A DNA stretch of 64,000 nt from Takakia lepidozioides (lineage: Eukaryota; Plantae; Bryophyta), in assembly GCA_030704615.1 (NCBI GenBank), contig CM060734.1, forward strand, positions 38,254,001 to 38,318,000, written 5' to 3'. Position 1 is the stretch's first letter. Every line of letters begins with the position of its first letter. Below the pieces are notes generated by a model, which saw only the letters and a program-made list of their open reading frames with translations, had not been told where the DNA came from and made no database searches. The translations under genes were made by a program, and so were the position numbers. Positions 38,272 through 49,419 of this stretch are shown here, in pieces.

Positions 38272-40471
38272 ATGGGCGATCAGCGAAATCCCTGCATAAC
38301 TATGCATCAACCATGGGCGTCGTTGCTGGTGTACGGCATCAAGCGAATCGAGGGCCGCTCCTGGCCATCCCCAATTCAAGGTACTTGAGACCTGTGTGTC
38401 CTTAACCTTCTTCCATACATTCAATTTTAATTGTTATTTTCCCAGTCTTCTTCGTCAAAAACCCTAATCTTACTCAAGCAGCAGTCTTTTAAAAGCTCCG
38501 TTTCAGATGATAGCTCTGTCACCCATGAAGGAGATTCAAACTGCCAGGGGGGGACGGGGAGATGGGGAAAGGGGAGAGAAGGATGGAGAAGAGCTTTAGA
38601 GAAGTGAAGTAGGAACGATAAGGTAGAGATGTGTGTGGCGGAAGGGTGTTCCGACTTAGACATGATTTCTTTCCAGTGCATTTATCATGGCATGCGTATC
38701 TGATGTTCTACGATATGCAATTGCGTTTGGGGATGTGAAAGCAGGGCGGCTATGGATTCACGCTGCTTCGAAGGTCCCCGAAGCTGCAACCATTCAAGCG
38801 ATGGAGCAGTTTTACCGTGATATTTATGCAGTTGATGGTGTGACCAACATTGAGTTTCCACCATTCTATCCAACGTCTGTCCTCTTGGGTATGTTCCTTC
38901 TGTGTGTGTGGATGCTATATACGAGGTGGGCAAACACCACAGAAGTTCTCTCCTCCCTATCCATGTGTCCTCACATTTGCAGTTAGGCTCTGGGAAATGT
39001 ATTCTCTTTAGGCTCAGAGGAAAGACTGCAGACCTGTGAACTTCAGCTAATCTGAAAAGCATCTCAAGTATACTGAAAATTGCAATTAGAACCAAGTGCA
39101 CAACTGAGGTGATCTTCATGTGCAGGTTGTGTCAACGTGGTGGGTTGTGTCTCTCTCCCAGAGTTAGTCAGCTGCGAAAAGCTTCCAGATAGTGTATGTT
39201 TTCTTTGTAACCTTGACCATGTTGAGCCTAGGAGAAGAATAGATTTTTACTTTGTACTCTCTACTTCTGTTGAATGTGAGGCCGAGTTTAGGCATGAATC
39301 ACACATGTCCAAATGTATTAGAGTGCGCTTTTAGATGCAGTCATCCTCAAGCCCTAGAAGGTTTGCTGACACAAAATCAAGTTACGACACTGAAAAAACT
39401 ATGACGTGGATAAATGGAGAGAGCCACACAAGAGTTTTGGATCTACCAACCAATGCTTAGATGGGAGATGGTGCTACTGAATGCAGATACGCTTGGAAGG
39501 CCAGACAGATTTTTGTTGGCTTTGCGAGGACCCGCAGGTATGGCAGTTTCTCTTGGTTTTCTTTCTGATTGTCATTTTCCCTCTCTTACTGGATGACAAA
39601 TGGGCCAGAGAAATAGGGGGAATTCTCTTCAATCTTTTATCTTATGTTATATTTGTTGGCTATCCTCCAATGGTGTTTACCAGAGGACTAAAAATGTAGA
39701 CAACTGAACATGATTCAAGCAGGTGGCAGTGTCCAAATGACGTTTGATCTATGCAGCTCATAGAGCAGTCAACACCTTATGTTTGTCACTGGTATTATCT
39801 TACGTTTCTGTGTGCAGAAGCTGGTCGTCCCCTTGGAAATGCGCGGTTGGCAAGGTGTCTACAACCTTCAGAAGAAGGTCAGCTTTTATATTATGGATTA
39901 TCCTAGTCAATCACCTGAAGGGCTACTTTTTGATATAATAACCTTGTTAAAGAATCCATGCACCTTATGGAATCAAATGTGCTACTTTGTTCCAAGTACC
40001 CTTGATGCATTCAAGTAATGTGAGTTGCTAGTGAGCATGCAGTCTGGTATGAAACACTAGCATCATGTATGTGGTGTATTGTCTGTAGTCCGAGCTCAGT
40101 ATCATTATCAGTGATTACAGCTGCTGTTGATTGTCATGTAGATTGCTGATGCATCTGTGTGGTGTCATGTAGGTTGTAGCTGCTCTATTCTGCGCTCAAT
40201 ATCATCTGTAACATAAATACAGCTGATGTTGTGTATGGGTTGCTTTATACAGATTGCTGATGTGGCGCCCAGGGGTCTACGACCTGTGAAAGTCCCAGTG
40301 CGCATGAAATTCCCTCTCCCAATCACCAAAGAGGCTTCTTCCAAGAGTGCTGACCCCTCAGTTGTGAGCACTGGACAAATGCAGAAAAATCCGTTAAGTC
40401 TCCAGGTTTCTCCCTCTTTAAATGTTTCAATACAAGGTGCACGTACGGCAGCGAACCAGTTCAAACGATGA
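38272..40471 (+). CDS. ASCH domain-containing protein (ASC-1 homology, PUA-like RNA binding), about 216 aa, 6 exons
   Basis: Exons: 38272-38380, 38745-38888, 39126-39193, 39487-39537, 39818-39877, 40253-40471 (651 nt). Motifs: CITMHQPWASLLVYGIKRIEGRSW, GRLWIHAASK, YPTSVLLGCVNVVGC, MRGWQGVYNL. Confidence 0.93.
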
Positions 40472-43240
40472 CAGGTAGCAGAGATTTCTTGTGTACATAT
40501 TTGCCTCTCGTTTAACATTGTAAGCCCTCTCTCTCTCTTTCTCTCTCTCATATTAATCAGTGCTAGTCAATGAGCTGCATTCTCCCCTTCCTCACAACAG
40601 TGGGACATGCAACCACATCCACCTGTTGGTAGAGCGCTGCTGGATCAACATCATTCCCTTATATTATGATGTTAATCCCAGCTCTTACATCAAATCCCAA
40701 TTTCCTTAGAGCAGCTTGTCCTTGGCAGTCTGAGAGTTTGTTGGCCATTTTGGTTTAGTTTCAAATCCTGATGGTTGAATTCTCACTGCTGGAAGAAAGG
40801 ACAAGCCGCAGCACGCGGGATAAAGGAGGGGTAAGGATTGGAAGGTTTGAATACTGCCTGGAAGGTTTGACCTAGCTGATGGGTGCAGGATTCGTTGATG
40901 GGTACATCCCAAATGGCAGTCAGCACACAGATGAATACTTTGAATTACCTCTCCATTGCACCATTTTCTCACAGCAATTCAGATGGTCACAAGCAGTTCT
41001 ATTTTGCGGTTAACCCTTAAATGCCTAGGTTCAAATTGTCTTAAACACCCACTTTTCATCACCCCAGCCCTAATCTCAAGCTATCTACCTACCCTCATTC
41101 ATCCATGGAAATGAACTGTGTGTACCTTGCACACGCACCTCCTAAACAAGTTTGGGAAGATTCTACCCTGGAGTTTAGGACATAATGGGTAACTCCAGGG
41201 TATAAATGGGTCGCACGATTTTTTTTCATATCAGGCAAAAATTTGAGTTTGTGGCTTTGACCAATCAATCAATTAAAAAAAAACAAATTTGTCAAACCTC
41301 TGTATTCCAGTGCGTGGTATATATTCTGGCTACCCTGTAACAGGGTAGCTGCTTTGTAAGTGAAGTGAAGGCAAGTTCAAGGTGGGAATGAGAATGTACA
41401 ACATCAAGCAAAGTGACTTACACAATTTGTTTTGTTATTATGGAGATCCCTCCGGTGCAACCATGGGGCTCAACAAGCATAGAAAGCCAAGACACTTGAA
41501 ATTTTTATATTTCATGAAAATACAAGTGGAACGGAAAGATAAAGATAAGGATAAAGTTTCCTTAACGTCCAGTGTAAGGGAAAGGAAAAAGAAATGGGAA
41601 AGGTTGTTTATTTATTTTTAAAGGGAAGGTTGTTGAACATCCTCAATCTAGAGAAAGTAAGGTAAAGTTTGTTTAACGTCCAGTGAATCATAAGCCCCCC
41701 AAGAAACGCGCCTACTTCTCTCAACACACAGCCCTGCAAATGGCGCAGTACAAATTGTAATTTATATCCAGCAAACTGGCATGGGTCCCCCTACAATCAG
41801 GGATATGGGTCAATCTCATACCAATGATTGTGTGCGGGCCGCCGCTATGGAATGCATGAAAACAAACACATGAAGACGGCCATCTCTTTACATGTCTGTG
41901 AGTATAAAATAAAGACACTTTTGATTGTGTCATGTCAGTCTTTATGATGTAGTTCATAAACATTCCACACTGGCAGTGTCCTTCACATCTTATTAAGTTG
42001 GGAGTGGTTTCTAAATACTTCAGAGCAGTTCATCATCAATGATATGCCCTTCCTCAGACCTCAGACCTCCCTCCTGTGGGGCCGGCACCAAACCACAGAA
42101 TCCACAGTCAGCATGTGAGACCACTCACCTCTAATATACAATTTTTCATGCATTGTGCCATCTTCTTTTTCTTTTTCTTTAAGGGAAACCTGGGAGCGAC
42201 CGCTCACAATTCAGGCCCTTGAGGAGGGGAAAAACCACAAGGTACATATTTACTACAGTTATGGTCCCTATTTGCATTTTTGCTGGGCCTGCCTGCAGAG
42301 CGCACTAGAGTAGTTTACTACCGTAATAAGGGAGTAGCAAGTAGTAGGCTCCCCTCCTTTATATACCCTGGTGGAGCCTTCTAGAAGGTTGCTCTGCCCA
42401 CGTGTCAATCCCAAACAACCCCTGCCTCCCACCACTTGACACTTCTACAATAGCTACCCAATACAAAAATAACCCCAGTTTCACTCTATTCAGATTGGGC
42501 CCCTTAACAGGAAAATTAGAAAGGAACCTCGCTACGAGGTGCCAGCCAAGACATAGGCTGGGTAATCTTCGAGGAAGACGATTATTACTCACTTCATTCA
42601 TGAGAGCGTGTGGATGAAATGAAAACCCTCGTGGATGAGTGAACCATACGGAAAGGAAAGACGCCTTTAAGGATGTAATATTGTCCTCATGCATGAAGGA
42701 CCTCTCACACCCTCATTACCTGTTTTCATCTACATCCGCGGATGACATATACTAGACGACGCTGCTGTGGCTCTGAGGTAGTTACTAGTTACGTCGACTG
42801 TGCTTGCGGCCCGCAGAGGAATGTCACTCATAGTAAGTCATAAGGGTGTCGGCAGGCATTATTATTAGTCCTTCCTGGTCGAGTGAAACCATAATTTAGC
42901 TACTTCGCCAAATGAGTCCATTGCGGGTGAAGTTTTCTTAATTTAATAGGTTATAATAAATATATCATACAAAAATATATATAAATATCTTAAATTGTCG
43001 GATGTCGCGCCACTGAGGCCCTGGCAGGGTGTCCAAGTTTCCCTTTAAATACATAAATAATAAATAAACTAAAATAAAATTGAGAGAACAGATATGATGA
43101 GTATGATGAGCCGGTGGGACCCGCCAAAACCACCGGCCGCCACCCGAGGTACGGGATCGTCAGCCCGGCCTGCGCTGACCGTGTTTCCTCACAGCCGGCA
43201 TGCACCTACCCGCAGTCGCCAGTAAGCGACTAGTAAGCGA

Positions 43241-43273
43241 CTACCGCGGCAGTGCCGCGGTAGAAAGGGCTAG
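43241..43273 (+). mobile_element. Helitron 3' terminus
   Basis: A perfect hairpin CTACCGCGGCA-G-TGCCGCGGTAG (43241-43263) is followed 6 nt later by CTAG (43270-43273) and then T. The 5' end is not established; one candidate is A|TC at 42988. Confidence 0.7.
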
Positions 43274-44181
43274 TAATAAGTTGTGTGGCACGGCAGGCTG
43301 GAAAAGGAAGGCCGAGTCACCGAGGCGGCCACGTTACCAAGGCGATCGGGTGACGCGGATGCGGTGCGCGTCGTGGAGGCGCGTGGGCAGAGAACGTGGA
43401 GCGGAGACGAACGCGGTCATCCGCGCGTGTGTGGGCGCGGGGGGCGCACGCCCCCTTCCTCACACGCGCGGCGTGTCTGACAGTATACGTAGGGGGCGGA
43501 TGGATGAAACTTCAAGGAAGTCAGGCAAACGATATGGGACAATTGATTATTGTGGGCGTGCCTCGAAATTGATGACGAGCACGGAAGCGCGGTTTGAATT
43601 TGGTGGGTGCGGGGCGCGGATTGGCGCGCGGGGGCGGATTAGATCTGCCAAAATATTTGGTGGCAGCGGCGGCGCATCATTGGTGCCGCTCTGGCTGTCG
43701 CGCCCACTTGCGCTTTGTAGGGATTGTGCAGCGAGGCATGTTTGTGTAGGTCACAGTGCGTCCTTGTGATGGCGTGTATTGATGGTCGGGTAGGTTTGCA
43801 TGACGCTGCTGCTCTGCCCAATCACTCACCCAAGATGCGCACATTCTCCGCAGAGCGATGACGACGACAAGCAATAGATAAGAACAAATCGAAAGAGAGT
43901 GGAAAGGACTACGATATCAACTTTCTACATTTCTCTACCTCCTATAATATGACATACCTATAAAGAAAATTACCGATTACCGAACAAGATAAAGATGAAG
44001 TTTCTTTAACGTCCAGTGAATTTACAGAGCCTACAGCTCAACACACAGGCCATCGAGATAGAAGGTGAATGGTCTTCTTATCTGGAAGTGAGAAAGGTGA
44101 GAATGAAAGGGAAGCAGCGATGGGCCCACCCATCACCTGAGAATTCTTCGGGGATTGCAACGAGGAGATGCTGACGACTCG

Positions 44182-44185
<4 letters not shown>

Positions 44186-44217
<32 letters not shown>
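44186..44217 (+). repeat. (GA)n microsatellite upstream of the EXORDIUM-like gene
   Basis: About 16 uninterrupted GA units. Confidence 0.9.
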
Positions 44218-44218
<1 letters not shown>

Positions 44219-44957
44219 GATGAGGGAGGGGGAGTTCACACGCACAAGGGCGGTGGAGTTGGGAAAGGAGAAAAGCAAACGACCGACCTGCAGATCCAAG
44301 GGTGGCAGCCATGATTGGGCATAACAGAGCATCGAAATGCAGACCTGTAAAGGGGCCAGGTGGCCAGCGGTTATAAGTGTTTAGGAGGCTGTCTGTGTGG
44401 GCCCTCGAGTGGGGAGATGATGGGGGGAGATGGAGGGGTGATGCAGGGGAGGAACAGCCATGGTGCCCAGCTGGCCCGTCAACGGCAACGCTGGGACAGC
44501 TTGGCAGCCGCTCATTGTCTGTGCTGCGCTGGCGATTGTCCTGCACACTGCCCCTCTCCGTCTTTCGAGTTACCACCCTTCTGCTGCCTCTCTGTCGTTG
44601 CATCTCTTTATAAGTATCGCCGCTGCAACCGCCATTTCTCACGCTGCAAGCAGGCCACGGTTTCTCTGGCTCTCCAAGTTGCAGGCCTACTTGATCGGCT
44701 GCAGTGTAGAGCCCAACTACAAAGTTCATCTTTTTCCGAGTTCTCCTACTCAGCTACAGTGCAGCTTCTCTTTCCTATCTTTCCCACCGTTGAATGCTCC
44801 ACCTCTACAATTCCTCCCTGCATTTCTCATTCAGTCAACTCTCTCTCCTTCCGAATTCTCGCTTCGCAGTCTCATAGCGTCCGCTTACAAGTGCAGGAAT
44901 CCTAGACATTAGAAGGTTTCGTTTTTTTCCAGCAAGGCCCCCCCGGCCTTTCTCACA

Positions 44958-45986
44958 ATGGCCCACACTTCAGTGTGTGTTAGTGGAAATACATACTATG
45001 CAATTGCTTTGCTCTTGATGTGCTGCATTGCGCATTCCGTTGATGCTCGGCCTTCTCCCCTTTTCTCTATTCTCGAGCCGAGTATTTCTCAAAATACGGG
45101 TGCTCGAAAGCTATCAACGCTTGTGAACAATGCCCTGGTATTACCTTACCATAATGGCCCGTTGCTCTCTGGGAACTCAAATCTGGACGTCTATGTTATC
45201 TGGTATGGAATCTTCAGTCCGGCGCAGCAATCCATCGTCCGCGACCTCCTTGCTTCCTTCCGGCAATCGTCTACGATTCACCCTTCAGTGAGCAGCTGGT
45301 GGGCACTGACTGCAGGCTACAAGGATACATCCAATGCCGGCGTGAGGGCTGCAGTCCAACTGGGTGGCGAGGTCTCCGACGCCGCTTACTCTCTTGGGAA
45401 GAATCTCAAGACAGCTGACATTGAATCGTTAGTGTCGAAGTCATTGGCTACATTACCATCAGATTCACAGGCAATTTATCTGGTGCTCACTGCAGAAGAC
45501 GTCTTCGTCGAAGGCTTCTGCATGGACACCTGCGCGTCCCATTCCTTCATAGCTCCATCAGCAGCCACAAAGGAGCAGCAGCTGCCCTTTGCTTGGGTTG
45601 GGAACTCTGCAACCCAATGTCCCGGTCAATGTGCGTGGCCTTATGCCCTTCCCCATTATGGGCCACAAGGGGCCAAAGCTTTGATCGCTCCAAACGGCGA
45701 TGTGGGTGTTGATGGCATGGTCATCAATATTGGCAGCATGTTAGCGGGTACAGCCACCGACCCCTTCAACAATGGCTACTACCAGGGTAGTGCTGCAGCT
45801 CCACTGGAGGCGGCTACCGCTTGCACTGGAATCTATGGGAAGGGAGCATACCCCGGTAACCCTGGAGATTTGTTGCAGGACAATTTGACGGGGGCAAGTT
45901 ACAATGCACTGGGCGTCAACAGCCGCCAATTTTTGCTGCCGGCTCTCTGGGATCCGTCGACCAGTGTTTGTACGCCTCCTTCCTGA
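44958..45986 (+). CDS. EXORDIUM-like / phosphate-induced Phi-1 family secreted protein, 342 aa, intronless
   Basis: Hydrophobic signal peptide, then YHNGPLLSG, WYGIFSPAQ, PSVSSWW, VLTAEDVFVEGFCM, WVGNSATQCPGQCAWP, APNGDVGVDGMVIN, ATDPFNNGYYQG and FLLPALWDP. Confidence 0.96.
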   Translation: MAHTSVCVSGNTYYAIALLLMCCIAHSVDARPSPLFSILEPSISQNTGARKLSTLVNNALVLPYHNGPLLSGNSNLDVYVIWYGIFSPAQQSIVRDLLASFRQSSTIHPSVSSWWALTAGYKDTSNAGVRAAVQLGGEVSDAAYSLGKNLKTADIESLVSKSLATLPSDSQAIYLVLTAEDVFVEGFCMDTCASHSFIAPSAATKEQQLPFAWVGNSATQCPGQCAWPYALPHYGPQGAKALIAPNGDVGVDGMVINIGSMLAGTATDPFNNGYYQGSAAAPLEAATACTGIYGKGAYPGNPGDLLQDNLTGASYNALGVNSRQFLLPALWDPSTSVCTPPS

Positions 45987-47144
45987 TTGACATCTGCTGG
46001 ATTGCGATTTAGTATTGGCTTGATGGGGAGAGGGATTTTCTCCTGTATTGGCACTCAAATATGATATGATGCGAGGTTGACAGGATAATTCGCCTTTCCT
46101 CTCAAATCGTCGGTTAAGGTGGGCTATGGCACGGTAAAGATTTGTTATATCACATGTCCAGCTTTCAACTTTGCAGATTCAGTTCAGAAACCTCTGAGAG
46201 ACGATCGGCATTGTAATTCAAAGAATCGGCCTTCGGTGCCTTCTAGCCACGCGAGTACAGGAGAGAAACTGTAGAATACTATTGTCCTCTGAAGCCATTT
46301 AAATGGCACAACCATTCTTTTAACACAGGGTTGAGTATTAGTGTACGTTGCATATCAACAACACACCAAAATGTATGGCTACCAGACTTGTGGGTTTTTG
46401 CTCTCTTGATTAATGTTAAGAACCCTTGGCATTCTTATGGTCAGTGGAGAAATCTGCAAACTACCTCCATGTAATAGTAGATGTTTCTCCTGTAATCATG
46501 ACCCACGGTGCCCGCAATAAAATGATTTGAAAAGCTTCTGGAGAAGAGGGTGGTTGTTGTTCAGATTTCTACGTTTTAGTATTGCACGCCAGTTACTTGC
46601 CTTCTAACCTTAACAGCATTCCCAACCTCAGATGTACAATGACATTCGTTTAAAACCACATTTCAGTGTTTTACAGATTACTGTTTCATGGTTAAATACC
46701 TCGCTGCTTATATCCGCTATCATGGATTGGCTTACGAATTCTCACGCAAATGCCTCTTTGTTTTTGCCTTGTTTTTTAGCTCATAGCTTGCATGTATAAC
46801 ATCTACACAGAGAGTTCCAGACCACAAAATACATACCCACCCAATCGTGTCAGTTTATTCGGAGAAATTCTCTTATCTTCCGCTCGTGTACATGGTAATT
46901 CCAGAGCAAGCAACTGCCCAATCAATCGAACGACCGTCGATTGATGGGCAAAACATCTGTACAGTAAAAAGATTGTGTAGAGCAATACTTCTGTAGAACA
47001 TTTCTATGGAATTCTGAAGACGATCTGCCCTTAGAATCTATATAGAAGCTGAAGGACGAAATCTCGGCACCAGCAACCAAGATGCCGACCTATCTTTCCT
47101 AATAGGCACTACATTTATCCTGCTTTCGATCTGAGCTACCTCAA

Positions 47145-47887
47145 TCACCTGGAGCCGGCGCTACTTCCCGGCGTGGTACATCCCATATCGTTGTAGCTGC
47201 ACTGTTACGCAGACAATCCACAATTAGACGATATACACGTACAATCTGGCCCTGTCATACCAGCAGCTAACATTACTATTCATATCAACTTTGCAAGAAG
47301 GCTGACGCTAAGCAGTAGGCCTAGACTCTAGACACAACACACGCGGGCAGGAACTAAGATTTCAAGTGGATTCATGAAGTCTTCCGTGGAAAACTGTACT
47401 CAGACCATCCAGTGAATAAATGGTGGACTTTGTCACTCGCATGCGTTTGCTTCTTACCTACACTCCTCAGTAACGCCCGGGATCCACACGGGCTCATCGG
47501 CGGACATATTCCGCTTGCTGCCACACCTGCAAAGCACCAATTTTCACCGCTTACTACATTTTCTCACACACAGCAGAGTATGATCGAAGCACATCAAAAC
47601 TGCCCGGTCCAACCAACTGTCCTTTGCCTTAATTGAGAGTCTTCTGTATCACGGCCTTAATTGAGTCTTCTGTATCACGGTCTCTCAAAGAACCTCTTAC
47701 AGACATCATTCAAGCCCCCGATCATGACCCTGGCTCCTCCTACAGATCCTCATGGCAAGTACATAAACTCGAAGAAAGTCCAAACACTAATTCAAACACT
47801 AATAAACAATCGTAGCTCTCACTTGCAAGTGGGGCCGCAGTTGCAGCCATTAGAACAGTCGCACTTGGGGTTGCCACAGCCCGACAT
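47145..47887 (-). CDS. Metallothionein-like protein, about 61 aa, 3 exons (not in the ORF track)
   Basis: Exons 47887-47823, 47526-47458 and 47196-47145 (186 nt) give MSGCGNPKCDCSNGCNCGPTCKCGSKRNMSADEPVWIPGVTEECSYNDMGCTTPGSSAGSR*. Donors GTGAG and GTAAG and both TGCAG acceptors are canonical. Exons 1-2 are firm; the choice of exon 3 is less certain. Confidence 0.85.
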
Positions 47888-48014
47888 TGTGACCCACAAA
47901 TCTATACCGAAGCAAACAGATACAAGACTGTCTCACAGCAGTTGACAAGGATGATCGCCCTCAACAAGCTTCTTCAAACTTCCGGTATGAACAGTTTATT
48001 CGGCAAACTTCCCA

Positions 48015-48022
48015 CTTTTATA
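48015..48022 (-). promoter_or_regulatory. TATA box of the metallothionein gene
   Basis: TATAAAAG on the minus strand, about 130 nt upstream of the ATG at 47887. Confidence 0.6.
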
Positions 48023-49419
48023 CAGAAATCTCTCCTGCTGATAATATCTTTGCCGCCATGCACGGATCGCTACATGTGTAGAGCTGATTTGTAGCTTGCA
48101 AACACCTCCAATGCGAGAGTGGAGGCCATGCAGAGTCAGCGCCACGCGCTCCCAGGGTGGCGCCACCTCAGTTTGGAGCCCCCCCATCTCTCGGATATCT
48201 TCACCCCATCTGTCTGCTCACTATCTGTGCAACACCACAATCTCCTCGTTTGCGGGCGGTGAGGGCCTGTGCTGTGCACCTTCCACTGGCCTTTGCTGAC
48301 CCAGTTACCCATGGCTAATCAGATATGTACCATGGCCAGATTGGAATGGAACTTATAGCTAGATGTTTCTACTGCAATCCTCACACATGTCACCATTTTG
48401 GTAATAAACCTCCTTTCCTTCCTTTCCTTTCCTGTCCTACGCCTCTTAACAAGCTTTACCACTGCTTAGCCTTTTGTCTCACAGCCCCCAATCAGCCTTT
48501 CTTCACGCTTCGCCTACATTACAATAGACTCTACATCTTCATTGCAAAACCCTGCAACACCCTCCTATCGGAGCTAATGCATGAGATGTTTTTGGATGTA
48601 GCCTGTAGTATGTCCTGGCTCTTTGACAGCTGAGCTTGTCTAACACATTCTGAAAAACCTACTGCTCTGCCCCTTTCCTTGCCTTCTGGACACGCCACTG
48701 CCAGATGATGTTCACTTGGTCCCTCATTGATTCCATTTGGATTGTTATCAGAGCCAAATAGCCCAGAGACATTCAACAATGCAGGAACCCAAGACTCACA
48801 CCAGATTTCAGAACAGGATCAGGATCTTTCCCAGCTAGTGCTGGGTACATTAGCCACCTGTCACAGAGCCTTCCTTGCATGCACAATTGTCACAACAAAA
48901 CTGCAATTATTCTTCCATGACAGCATTGCATCTTTCCACAATGGAAGACCCTCTCATGTTCTGAGCCACTGTGCGTCTCAATTCTCAAGTCTCACCCCCC
49001 AAACAAACCCTCTTGCACCACTCTGGCATAATTGACCATTGATGTCATGTGGTACACCCCATGCAGCGGAAATAGGTAGGGAAATCATGGCCTATTAGGA
49101 AACTCTAGTAATCTACCACTCAAAATCAGTTGGAGATAACATCTGATTTCAAGACTAACTAAACTACTTTACTCTTTGCCAGATAAAATGTAGAAGTGCC
49201 CCACATAACCCATAATTGGCCTCCAACTACTACACCGTGGGGGACCTTCCAGTGACAGGTCGTCAAGCGGCTGATGTTGTCACTGCCCATTTTGGCAGGT
49301 TGATTGGAAGTCACCAACTTTGCAACATGGTTTGGATTTGGAGGTGACAGTTGCATTTTGCTGGAAAGAAATCTCCGTGTACCCCACATGAGCATGTCTC
49401 ACAGTCATGGCAGCGAAGT

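Noticed and set aside
42310-42750. LTR-like stretch (minus-strand GTATATAAAGG, CTTCTAGAAG, possible TG start at 42747)
   Set aside because: No second end, TSD, PBS or PPT could be identified.
43200-44912. Several 150-198 aa ORFs on both strands upstream of the EXORDIUM-like gene
   Set aside because: GC-rich promoter/UTR sequence with microsatellite-derived peptides and no recognisable domains.
4027-47887. PDR transporter, metallothionein and Phi-1/EXORDIUM as a metal or stress gene cluster
   Set aside because: The genes are more than 30 kb apart and interleaved with unrelated housekeeping genes. No shared regulatory motif was seen.
47996-48299. Short ORFs upstream of the metallothionein
   Set aside because: They overlap its TATA/promoter region and show no protein features.
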